Assembly (NCBI GenBank): GCA_028275885.1
Contig: JAPWTW010000002.1
Span: 30,001-62,000 of the forward strand
DNA length: 32,000 bases
DNA from: Candidatus Nanopusillus sp.
GTDB lineage: Archaea; Nanobdellota; Nanobdellia; Nanobdellales; Nanobdellaceae
Direction: 5' to 3'
Every line of letters starts with the position of its first letter. Positions within the stretch are counted from its first letter, which is position 1. Both the position numbers and the translations under genes were made by a program. Below, piece after piece: positions 7,696 through 16,439 of this stretch. The notes below the pieces were generated by a model. It was not told the DNA's origin. It searched no databases and worked only from the letters and a program-made list of their open reading frames with translations.

Positions 7696-9047
7696 TTTAG
7701 ATATTTTCCAATTAATGGTATTAAATATAATGCATCTGCTCTTTTCAAATCATTATATATTTGTCCTGCTATTACTATTAATAATAGTATACTTACACCA
7801 GATACTGCAGAACTAAATATATCACCTAAAGATGCTAGTAGTCCCATTAAAAATCCAGATAGATATCCTATAGGATCTATATATTTTTTTAACATATCTT
7901 CTACAATTCTTGGATCTCTTGTATATAATGGAGAATTTGGATTACTTGTTAAATAATTTGCTAAATTTTTTGGATCTAAACCTGTAGCATATATCCAGAA
8001 TTTAGATATAAACATTCCACCAATTGTAAATAATAGGAAATAAAATATTATATGAAATATATTGAATGGAACATATAAATAACTAATTCCAAATTGTCCA
8101 AGGTTTATTATTATGTTTGGTGGGGATAACAATTGTACAATTGGATTATTAGGATTAAATCTGAATAAAGATTGTAATTCAATTATTAATGCATAAATAA
8201 ATATTGCAGGAATTACAGAAGTATATAGTAGTTGTATTGGATATTTAATAATTTCTCCATTAATGTTTAAATATAATAATGGAACTTCTATTTTTAAAGA
8301 TTGTAAGTATACCGCAAATATTAATATTCCAATAGTAATAATTGCAGCAAATAAAAATGCAAGACCTAAATTAGTATTTCCTTGTGATAAGTATAAAATT
8401 CCCTCTGGTATATATCCTGTTGGTTGTGAAAATAGGCCTGGTGAACTAGATGGGGGAGAAAGTGGATTAAATAATCTCAAAACTAATGCAATACTTATTG
8501 TAGTTAAAATAATAATATTTATTCCAGATGTAATTCCATATTTATGTGAAAAATCATCTAATAATAATATAATAAGTCCTCCAATAAATAATTGTAAAAA
8601 TAAAATAATATATAAAATTATTGGATTTATTCCTAAAAATATGTTTGGTAATATATTTCTACTTGCAATTAAAATTATACTTTCTATCATAATAAGTATT
8701 AATGCAATAAATCTTGTATAATTGTCAAATTTTGTTTTGCCTTCATCAGTACTTATATCAATATTTATTATTTTAAGACCAACCAATAGTTGCATAAAAA
8801 TTCCAGCAACAATTATTGGAGCAATTCCTATACTTGCTAAAGTTCCTAAATTTGATCCAAATAACCATAAAAATTGTTCTAGTCTTGCAGAAATTTCTGG
8901 AGATATTCCAAATAAAGGTATTGACGCTAAAACAGTATACAATGCAATTACTAATAATGTATTATATATCCTTTCCCTTAAAGATAATAATTTTTTTGGT
9001 TCTTCAACAGTTGGTAAGTATGAGATTATCCTATCTATTATGTTCAT
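7692..9047 (-). CDS. secY: preprotein translocase subunit SecY
   Basis: 451 aa with about 10 TM segments. The N-terminal LPTVEEPKKLLSLRERIYNTLLVIALYTVLASIPLFGI is the typical archaeal SecY/Sec61alpha start. Confidence 0.95.
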   Translation of the reverse strand: MNIIDRIISYLPTVEEPKKLLSLRERIYNTLLVIALYTVLASIPLFGISPEISARLEQFLWLFGSNLGTLASIGIAPIIVAGIFMQLLVGLKIINIDISTDEGKTKFDNYTRFIALILIMIESIILIASRNILPNIFLGINPIILYIILFLQLFIGGLIILLLDDFSHKYGITSGINIIILTTISIALVLRLFNPLSPPSSSPGLFSQPTGYIPEGILYLSQGNTNLGLAFLFAAIITIGILIFAVYLQSLKIEVPLLYLNINGEIIKYPIQLLYTSVIPAIFIYALIIELQSLFRFNPNNPIVQLLSPPNIIINLGQFGISYLYVPFNIFHIIFYFLLFTIGGMFISKFWIYATGLDPKNLANYLTSNPNSPLYTRDPRIVEDMLKKYIDPIGYLSGFLMGLLASLGDIFSSAVSGVSILLLIVIAGQIYNDLKRADALYLIPLIGKYLK

Positions 9048-9070
9048 AAATAAAACTAATTAAAAATATT

Positions 9071-9078
9071 TTTAAATT
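9071..9078 (-). promoter_or_regulatory. TATA-like box (AATTTAAA) about 27 bp upstream of the secY ATG
   Basis: Lies in the 32-bp gap between the stop of the upstream gene (9080) and the secY start (9047). Confidence 0.25.
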
Positions 9079-9079
9079 A

Positions 9080-11125
9080 TTAATCAACTTTCTCTCCAGA
9101 AAATGTTTCCTGCCTTCTGCCCGTTCCTCCAAGATCTATTGGTAATTGTGAAAATATTGAAATAGAATATGGAGAGTATCTTGTATATTGAATATAATCT
9201 GGAATAATTTGTGTTCCTCCATATGGTAAGATTGTATTAAATTGGTTTATAATATTTCCATATATATTATAAGGTCCAGCACCAGCAATTAAATTATAAT
9301 ATTCATTTCCATAGATTGTATGAAATTGATTAACATAATATCCACCAGGTTCATGTACAATTGTTACTTTTTTATTTTCTAATATATCTCTAATTTTCTC
9401 TAATTCTGATGCAATAACATCATCCCAACCCATTCCTAATGGTAAATGCGTATCTTCTCCAGCTTGTGTCTCATGGACATGTAAATGTCTAATTTCTGGT
9501 TTAATTTCTTCAACCCATTTTAATATATCTTCTTTCTTATATCCATATTTTTCAAACATTTTTATATGTCCAACATCTAATGTAGCCCCTATTCTTTCTT
9601 TAACAAATTCATCTACACTGCCATATTTTTTCTCGATTTCTTCTTTCAATTGTTGATAACTTTCTATTACCTTTTTTACCTCTTCTCTTATATTATTTAA
9701 TAATTTTTTCCATATATCTGGTCTTGTGGCAGGTGCTCCAGGATATGATTCTTCTATATTTATATAACTTAAATACTTATCGAAGTCTTTGTACCAATCT
9801 GGATTTTTATCTTTTTCTCTTTCAATTAGCATTCTAATTCCCTCAGCTATTACTTCTGGAGCCGTTTTTATTGCAACTTCTTGATATGGTTTTACAATAG
9901 GAATTGGAAATTCTGAAAATACTGTATTTTTTAATTGAGATAATAAACCGCCAGTATATTCGATAGATGACTTTATATCATTTATAAAATCAAATATTTT
10001 ATTCATAAAATAATTTCTATATAATGGACTATTATCATTCTGTACAATTTCTTTGGCAAATTTCGATATTTCATTTTCATAGTTTTCTATTCTCTTCAAG
10101 CTATCTTCAAAACGTTGCTTATAGAAGGATATCTTATTTCTTGCAGCTTCTCTTAAATTTGGATCTGCAATATCATTTATATTATTTTCTATTACATCAA
10201 TATATTCTTTTACCTTTTCTAAGAAAGATCTGTATGTCTTTAGATTGTATAAAAATTCTCCTATTTTTTCTTGATCCGTACTAGTATATCCAAAATAATT
10301 TATTAATTGATAATTATCTAATAATCTTTTTTTTATTGAATAAAGGTTTCTATCAATATCATTAAATATATTCATCCAAACCTTTTCATTTTCTTTATAA
10401 ATTTCATCAACAACAGAAACTGGTTTTCTTGCTCTCCCTACAGCACCAGCTAAATATTTTTCGGGTATAGCAAATCCAGCATATTCATAGTTCCCATTTA
10501 AATTAATGTATGTAGCCTCTTGTTTTGCAAAGGCCCAAGATGGTATGTTTTTTTCTAATGTTTCCATATCAACATTATTACTAACTAACCTATTATATTG
10601 TTCTGATGTTATAAATCCTAATCTATATAATTTTTCTGCAAAAGATTTTCTAAATTCATAATTACTTAAAAGTTCATCTTTTAATCTTTTTTCAAAATCT
10701 TTATCCCATTCTGTTAATGTAAGATCTCCTGCATGCATGTTTACCTTAATTGGTTCTCCATAAATTCTTGCCATTATTCCTGCACTTTCCAATATTACTG
10801 ATGTTTTATAAGCCATCTGTTTTATATTATCTATTCTTATATTTCCTCTTTCATCTGTCGCTGGTAATTGGAAATCCTTTTCAGGAGCATGAATTGTAAC
10901 TTCAACATTATTTATTCTTGCATTTCTTGCAATTTCTTCAAATATTTGTCTTGGTATATTTGCCCATTGGCCTGAAAAAGAAAATGTTTGTATTTCTACT
11001 CCAGGATATCCAGCAGATATTTTTGATAGGTATTGTTGTAATTGATTTACGGTCTGAGGATTTGTACTGGTAGATATTCTCCTATTATATAATTCCTTTG
11101 GATATTTTTTATCTTCATTATCCAT
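9080..11125 (-). CDS. endonuclease IV / xylose-isomerase-like TIM-barrel metalloprotein with a ~300-aa internal insertion
   Basis: Motifs occur in Endo IV order: TIHAP (H79), NMHAG (H131), INIEES (E458/459), LDVGH (D517, H520), HLHVHE (H549/551), EDTHLPLGMG (D558, H560), IVHEPGG (E592). H131 to E458 are 327 residues apart, versus about 36 in E. coli Nfo. Confidence 0.6.
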   Translation of the reverse strand: MDNEDKKYPKELYNRRISTSTNPQTVNQLQQYLSKISAGYPGVEIQTFSFSGQWANIPRQIFEEIARNARINNVEVTIHAPEKDFQLPATDERGNIRIDNIKQMAYKTSVILESAGIMARIYGEPIKVNMHAGDLTLTEWDKDFEKRLKDELLSNYEFRKSFAEKLYRLGFITSEQYNRLVSNNVDMETLEKNIPSWAFAKQEATYINLNGNYEYAGFAIPEKYLAGAVGRARKPVSVVDEIYKENEKVWMNIFNDIDRNLYSIKKRLLDNYQLINYFGYTSTDQEKIGEFLYNLKTYRSFLEKVKEYIDVIENNINDIADPNLREAARNKISFYKQRFEDSLKRIENYENEISKFAKEIVQNDNSPLYRNYFMNKIFDFINDIKSSIEYTGGLLSQLKNTVFSEFPIPIVKPYQEVAIKTAPEVIAEGIRMLIEREKDKNPDWYKDFDKYLSYINIEESYPGAPATRPDIWKKLLNNIREEVKKVIESYQQLKEEIEKKYGSVDEFVKERIGATLDVGHIKMFEKYGYKKEDILKWVEEIKPEIRHLHVHETQAGEDTHLPLGMGWDDVIASELEKIRDILENKKVTIVHEPGGYYVNQFHTIYGNEYYNLIAGAGPYNIYGNIINQFNTILPYGGTQIIPDYIQYTRYSPYSISIFSQLPIDLGGTGRRQETFSGEKVD

Positions 11126-11149
11126 TTATATATAAAGGTATTTCCGAAT

Positions 11150-12832
11150 TTAATAATTTAACATATTGAATGTCTTTTTAAATGTCATATATATTTTCCA
11201 TGCAGTATCTATTGTCTTTTCTTTTGTTTCTTCTATTATTAATTTTTTTTCTTCTTCAATACTCTTTCTTTTTATATTTTTTTCAATACTTTCAATATCT
11301 TTGCCGAAAGTTGATATAACTTTAAATAACCACATTATAATATTTCCAAAAGTTGGAAATATTAATGAAATACTAGATTCTTTTTTTTCTTCCTTTTTTT
11401 CCTCTTTTTTATCTTCTTTTTTTTCTTTTTTCTTGCTCTCAAGATATTTTTTTATCCATGTAATACTTGATAATGCTCTTTTTATTCTCTCATCTTTTTC
11501 TAATTCTTCTATAAGTTCTCTTGTCCATCTTATTTTATAAGGATCATTCCTTATTTCTTCTGGTTTTGCATCAGATTTTTCAGCAACTATTTTTAATAGT
11601 TTTTCATCGCTTTTTATTATATCGTATAAAAATACTTCTAAAATTAAATTAGACATACTTTTTATATAATCGTCTGTTAATCCTGTTATATATGCTAAAT
11701 CTTCACTTTCTTGATTTATTATTATTGAATCGTATTCTTCTTTTTCAACTAAATAGGCTCTAAGTACTATATCTATCCTTCCTAAGAAAGAATACATTCT
11801 TGCATAAGTATCTACTCTTCCTACTACAGTGGGTATTGCTCTTGTTTTCATATTTATTTCATATAATGGTATGTAGGTTTTTTCTATTTCTTTTCCTTCT
11901 TTTTCATCATATTCTTTTATTTTTACCTCTTTTTGATTTGCTATTAATGAAATATTTATAATTGCTGTTTCAAATGCATTTACAACATCTACAGGTTGGT
12001 CAGGATTTTGTAATAATTTTCTTGCAAATTTAAAATACGGTTTTGCAAATTCAACATAATATAATAATGAGCTCAATTCATGTTTCAAATAAGATTTTAA
12101 TAAGACGATTCTATCATATAAAACTTTTTTATTATTTTCGAGCCAACTATAAAATTCTATTAATCTACTACTTAATAAATTATATATTCTTCTATTTATT
12201 ATTCCATTATTAAATAATTCATTTAAATCTCTTGGAGTAGTGTTTGTTTGATCATTAAATAATTTATTATATAATTCTTGACCTATTAATTTTTTATTTT
12301 TAAATTTTTCAAGTTCAGATTTTAGATCTGCTAGAAAAAATAAATCTACAATACTTGGAAACCTTGATGCCTGTAAATTCCTTAAAGCACCTGCACCTCT
12401 TGTGGAATCAACATAAGATAGCCACCTATCTTTTAATGCCAAATAACTTGTAATAGCTTCTTCAGGGTCTTTTGATAATAAATTTTCATATAATATATAT
12501 ATTGAATAAAGCTGTTTATATTCATTTAGTATAGAAATAATTGTTCTTGTCAATGTATTAATTAATTCTGCCAGTGATCTTGCGTTATTTAATACGTTTG
12601 TTAATCTTTGACCCATTTCTCCAAAAAATGAAGATCCAACAGATGATGTAAAATCATCAGATAATTTATTAATATCCATCTTTAAACTATCTCTAATAAA
12701 ATCTACAAGCCAAAAATATATTTGTTCTATCTTTATATTTGGATTATCTAATATAAGTTTTATTTCTAATATTTTATGTTTATTATCTTCAATCTTTTCA
12801 TTTCTCAAATCATCAATTTTTATGTTTTGCAT
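11150..12832 (-). CDS. large hypothetical protein (560 aa), no recognisable family
   Basis: Long uninterrupted ORF that looks helical. It has a K/E low-complexity run (SKKKEKKEDKKEEKKEEKKE, DNA 11378-11437) followed by a 25-residue hydrophobic segment (DNA 11303-11377) and a charged 50-aa tail. Confidence 0.7.
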   Translation of the reverse strand: MQNIKIDDLRNEKIEDNKHKILEIKLILDNPNIKIEQIYFWLVDFIRDSLKMDINKLSDDFTSSVGSSFFGEMGQRLTNVLNNARSLAELINTLTRTIISILNEYKQLYSIYILYENLLSKDPEEAITSYLALKDRWLSYVDSTRGAGALRNLQASRFPSIVDLFFLADLKSELEKFKNKKLIGQELYNKLFNDQTNTTPRDLNELFNNGIINRRIYNLLSSRLIEFYSWLENNKKVLYDRIVLLKSYLKHELSSLLYYVEFAKPYFKFARKLLQNPDQPVDVVNAFETAIINISLIANQKEVKIKEYDEKEGKEIEKTYIPLYEINMKTRAIPTVVGRVDTYARMYSFLGRIDIVLRAYLVEKEEYDSIIINQESEDLAYITGLTDDYIKSMSNLILEVFLYDIIKSDEKLLKIVAEKSDAKPEEIRNDPYKIRWTRELIEELEKDERIKRALSSITWIKKYLESKKKEKKEDKKEEKKEEKKESSISLIFPTFGNIIMWLFKVISTFGKDIESIEKNIKRKSIEEEKKLIIEETKEKTIDTAWKIYMTFKKTFNMLNY

Positions 12833-12896
12833 ATATCCATTTAAAATATGTTAGAAAATAAAAATTTTAATATATGAGAAAAAATACTTATATCTA

Positions 12897-13436
12897 ATGA
12901 AGATGAATTTAATAATATTACCAAGTAGAGGATTTGATGAAGATGATCTTTTTAACTTTTTTGATATATTGGATGGTAGAACATATATTGCTATAAGAAA
13001 TAGAAAAATCGGAATAGGAAAATATAAAAGTAAAGTATTACCAGATTTTGATATACATGAAATATTCTTAATGAGAGAAAATCATTTTGATAGATTAATA
13101 TATATTTCTGATGAGGGATATAAAGAATTTTTAAACGTAGAATCCCAAGCAATATTTACAAGATTTATAAATTCATATAGAACAGTTATATTATCTTCTT
13201 TATCCCAAATAGCTTTTTTAAAATCTGGCTTATTAGCTGGAAGAACAATAACATATAATTATGATGAATATCCGCAATATTTAAAGTTCTTTTCGGATTT
13301 TGGAGTAAAATTAGTAACAAATGCTGATTATGTAGTAGATAGAAATTTAATAACTGTAAAGGGAAGAGATTCTATATATACTTTAGGAGAAAAATTAAAA
13401 GAAATAGAAGAAGAATTAAAAAGAATTACTATATAA
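12897..13436 (+). CDS. DJ-1/PfpI-superfamily (class I glutamine amidotransferase-like) protein, catalytic Cys absent
   Basis: Aligns by eye with the PH1704/PfpI layout: NLIILPSRGFDEDDL ~ KVLFLTANEFEDVEL; FDRLIYISDEGYK ~ FDALVLPGGRAPE; RTVILSSLSQIAFLKSGLLAGRTIT ~ KPVASICHGPQILISAGVLRGRKGT; YVVDRNLITVKG ~ VVVDGNWVSSR. Confidence 0.55.
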   Translation: MKMNLIILPSRGFDEDDLFNFFDILDGRTYIAIRNRKIGIGKYKSKVLPDFDIHEIFLMRENHFDRLIYISDEGYKEFLNVESQAIFTRFINSYRTVILSSLSQIAFLKSGLLAGRTITYNYDEYPQYLKFFSDFGVKLVTNADYVVDRNLITVKGRDSIYTLGEKLKEIEEELKRITI

Positions 13437-14015
13437 ATTATATTTACTTAATTCTCTATTAATGTAGTAAAATCCAATAAATGATAATATTAATAATAAT
13501 GGAAATATAGATCCTATTATAGATATTCTAAAATATTTATTTATATTTTGGTTCTTTAAATGAATAACAATATTATATAATTTCTTTAATATTAAATAAT
13601 TTGATATACCAATAATTATTAACCCAGGATATGTAATAAAAATAGATATAAGTATTCCAATGTATATCATTGAAAACAAATTATTTGGATAATATTCTTT
13701 ATTTATCATTTTTTCAATTATCCTAAACATCTTCTTTAAATATTCTATAGATATAAAATATGAAATAATTGAAAAAATAATTAATATAATTAAAATTGTT
13801 CCTAAATTAATTAAATTAAGGAAAATATATAATATTGATAAGGATAATGATAGATTTAATATTAATGTAAGTGGATTTATAGTGCTATTATATGTAGAAA
13901 AAAAGGAGAGAATTATAAATAATAAATATGATGAAAACCCCAAAATACTGGATATATATGCAATCTTTGAATAAATATTTAAGTTGTTTAAGAATTCTAA
14001 TAAATTTTCATCCAT
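13416..14015 (-). CDS. hypothetical polytopic membrane protein
   Basis: 199 aa with about 6 hydrophobic helices. No motif recognised. Confidence 0.55.
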   Translation of the reverse strand: MDENLLEFLNNLNIYSKIAYISSILGFSSYLLFIILSFFSTYNSTINPLTLILNLSLSLSILYIFLNLINLGTILIILIIFSIISYFISIEYLKKMFRIIEKMINKEYYPNNLFSMIYIGILISIFITYPGLIIIGISNYLILKKLYNIVIHLKNQNINKYFRISIIGSIFPLLLILSFIGFYYINRELSKYNLYSNSF

Positions 14016-14045
14016 TTTATATTTTTGATTTTAAATTTTTATAAG

Positions 14046-14129
14046 CGCCGCGGGTGGGATTTGAACCCACGCCCCCTTTTGGGGATATGGTCTCGAGCCA
14101 TACCCCTTGGACCGCTCGGGCACCGCGGC
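14046..14129 (-). tRNA. tRNA-Ser (anticodon CGA), class II with long variable arm
   Basis: Reverse complement: GCCGCGG TG CCCGAGCGGTCCAAGGGG TATGG CTCGAGA CCATA TCCCCAAAAGGGGGC GTGGG TTCAAAT CCCAC CCGCGGC G. No encoded CCA and no intron. Confidence 0.95.
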
Positions 14130-14132
14130 ATA

Positions 14133-14140
14133 TTTATATA
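14133..14140 (+). promoter_or_regulatory. TATA-like box TTTATATA about 26 bp upstream of the trpS ATG
   Basis: Spacing to the ATG at 14162. Confidence 0.3.
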
Positions 14141-14161
14141 ATTAATTTTGATATTTGATAA

Positions 14162-15313
14162 ATGAATGAATATAAAGATATTATAAATATATATGATGTA
14201 AATATAAAGGAAGAGAAAGATTATGAAAGATTGATTAAATTTTTTGGTGTAAAAGAAATTGATGATGTTATATTAAATAATTTAAAATATATAACAGGAG
14301 ATTTACATGTTTTATTAAGGAGAAAATTTTTCTATGCACATAGGGACTTTGATCTATTATTAAATAAATATAATGAAGGAAAAAGATTTTTCCTATATAC
14401 TGGAAGAGCGCCTTCTAAAAGTAAAATGCATATTGGTCATCTAATTCCATTTTTATTAACTAAATGGTTTCAGGAAAAATTTAATGTAAATGTATATATA
14501 CAAATACCTGATGAAGAAAAATATTGGGAAAAGAAGGCAGATAATTATGAAGAAATAAGAGAATATGCATTGGAAGATGCAAAAGCAATAGCTTCTCTTG
14601 GATTCGATCCAGATAAAACATTCATATTTATAGATTCTGAATATATAAAAAATATGTATAAAGCTGCAATTTATGTTGCGAGGGAAATAAATCTAAATAC
14701 TGTAAAATCTGTTTTTGGGTTTGATGATAATTCAACAATTGGTTTACCATTTTATATTGCATTGCAAATTGTCCCAACATTCTTTGAAAGGAACATTCCA
14801 TTAATTCCTTGTGGGATTGATCAAGATCCATATTTTAGATTACAAAGAGATATTGCGGAAAAGTTTGGATACTATAAAGCTTCTACAATCTTATCAAAAT
14901 TTGTATGGGGATTGCAAGGTCCATATACAAAAATGAGTGCTTCAGATCCAAAATCTGCTATATTTGTTGATGATGATTATGATACAATAAAATATAAAAT
15001 ATTCAAATATGCATTTTCTGGTGGGAGAAGTACATTAGAGGAACATAGGAAATATGGAGGAAATCCTGATATTGATGTTTCATATTTTTGGTTATCTGTA
15101 TTATTTGAAGAAGATGATTATAAATTAAAGGAAATAAGAGAGAAATATATAATGGGAGAATTAACAACCGGAGAATTGAAAGAATATACTGCTAATAAAA
15201 TATGGGAATTTTTAAGTAAAATACAAGAAAGAAAAAAGAATATTAATATAAATAAGTTTATGTATGATGGGAAGTTAGCAAGGGAAATGTGGGAATGGGA
15301 ATTTAGAATATAA
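14162..15313 (+). CDS. trpS: tryptophanyl-tRNA synthetase (archaeal/eukaryotic type)
   Basis: YTGRAPSKSKMHIGHLIPFLLTKWFQ contains the HIGH motif and KMSASDP is the KMSKS-type motif. IQIPDEEKYW is typical of TrpRS rather than TyrRS. Confidence 0.95.
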   Translation: MNEYKDIINIYDVNIKEEKDYERLIKFFGVKEIDDVILNNLKYITGDLHVLLRRKFFYAHRDFDLLLNKYNEGKRFFLYTGRAPSKSKMHIGHLIPFLLTKWFQEKFNVNVYIQIPDEEKYWEKKADNYEEIREYALEDAKAIASLGFDPDKTFIFIDSEYIKNMYKAAIYVAREINLNTVKSVFGFDDNSTIGLPFYIALQIVPTFFERNIPLIPCGIDQDPYFRLQRDIAEKFGYYKASTILSKFVWGLQGPYTKMSASDPKSAIFVDDDYDTIKYKIFKYAFSGGRSTLEEHRKYGGNPDIDVSYFWLSVLFEEDDYKLKEIREKYIMGELTTGELKEYTANKIWEFLSKIQERKKNININKFMYDGKLAREMWEWEFRI

Positions 15314-16435
15314 ATGAAAATAAAAGAAAAACCAGAAGATTTTATTGTTAAAGAAATAATTGATTTAGGTAAAAAGAAAGAGGGAGAAACATTTAGATAT
15401 TTTTTAATGAGGAAAAGAAATATAAATACAATAAATGCAATTAAAATAATTGCAAGAAAGTTACATATTTCAAAAAGAAAAATATATTTTGCAGGAGAAA
15501 AAGATAAAAATACATTATCAGAACAATATATTGCAATAAGGAATTTTAATGATTTTAAAGATGAATACAATTTTGGGAATATATATTTAAAATATGTAGG
15601 ATCATATGATGAACCATTAAGAATCTCCGATATAAAATATAACTATTTTAGAATAACTATAAGAGAATTAAACAATGAAGAAATTAATATATTCAATAAA
15701 AATATAGAAATATTTGATAAATATTATTTTAACTATTTTGATGATCAAAGATTTGGAAATAGGGGAAATAATTATATAGTTGGGAAATATATAATTAAAA
15801 GGGATTATAAAAACGCAATAAAAATATTTTTAACAGATTATGAAAATGAAAGAAGTGAAGATGCAATAAAAGCAAGAAAATTTTTATATGAAAATTGGGG
15901 TAAATTTAAAGAAGCATTAAGAATATTTCCAAATTATCTAGATGTTGAAAGATCTTTATTAAATTATTTATCAAGGGAAGAAAATTATAAAAGAGCATTA
16001 AAATGTATACCAAAGAGATTGTTAAAGATGTTTGTTCATTCATATCAATCATATTTATGGAATAAATTATTATCAAATTATATAAAAAATAATTATGGAG
16101 AAAAATATTTTATAGAAACGAAAATTGGGAAATTTTATATAATTAAGGATAAAAAAGAAATTGAAAAATTAAAAGATATAAAATTTCCATTAATTGGATA
16201 TGATATAAAAGATAAAAAAATATATAAAGATATATTAAGAGAGGAAGAAATAAATTATGAAGAATTAAAATTTGAGGATAAACCATCATTAACATTATTA
16301 TCAACAGAAAGGAATATTTTATCAGAAATAAAAAGTCTAGAATATAATATAAAAGATAATATTATAATAATTTCTTTTATCTTGGATAAGGGCTCTTTTG
16401 CTACAATGTATATAAAACATTTGTTCTCTAAATAA
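15314..16435 (+). CDS. truD: tRNA pseudouridine synthase TruD/Pus7 family
   Basis: The N-terminal KPEDFIVKE, the catalytic FAGEKDKNTLSEQ (GxKD) and the FDDQRFG motif are all present. Confidence 0.9.
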   Translation: MKIKEKPEDFIVKEIIDLGKKKEGETFRYFLMRKRNINTINAIKIIARKLHISKRKIYFAGEKDKNTLSEQYIAIRNFNDFKDEYNFGNIYLKYVGSYDEPLRISDIKYNYFRITIRELNNEEINIFNKNIEIFDKYYFNYFDDQRFGNRGNNYIVGKYIIKRDYKNAIKIFLTDYENERSEDAIKARKFLYENWGKFKEALRIFPNYLDVERSLLNYLSREENYKRALKCIPKRLLKMFVHSYQSYLWNKLLSNYIKNNYGEKYFIETKIGKFYIIKDKKEIEKLKDIKFPLIGYDIKDKKIYKDILREEEINYEELKFEDKPSLTLLSTERNILSEIKSLEYNIKDNIIIISFILDKGSFATMYIKHLFSK

Positions 16436-16439
16436 AAGA

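Noticed and set aside
8263-9063. Plus-strand ORFs of 152, 113 and 77 aa antisense to secY. The same applies to other antisense ORFs in the track: 11-208, 1325-1543, 10024-10284, 11166-11540, 14628-14831, 15118-15570, 17396-17662, 17780-17980, 19426-19635, 21633-22097, 22906-23115, 23622-23912, 24495-24704, 26296-26529, 28358-28567, 28853-29035, 29312-29608, 30335-30550 and 30792-30980.
   Set aside because: Each lies fully inside, and antisense to, a gene with a confident homology call or a much longer ORF. Their products are low-complexity and rich in I, L, F, Y and N, as expected from the reverse complement of AT-rich coding sequence. They are shadow ORFs.
11378-11437. Near-pure polypyrimidine (T/C) tract of about 60 nt that looks like a simple repeat or H-DNA-type element.
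   Set aside because: It is fully explained as the coding sequence (minus strand) of the K/E low-complexity run in the 560-aa protein. It is noted under that finding only as a slippage-prone tract.
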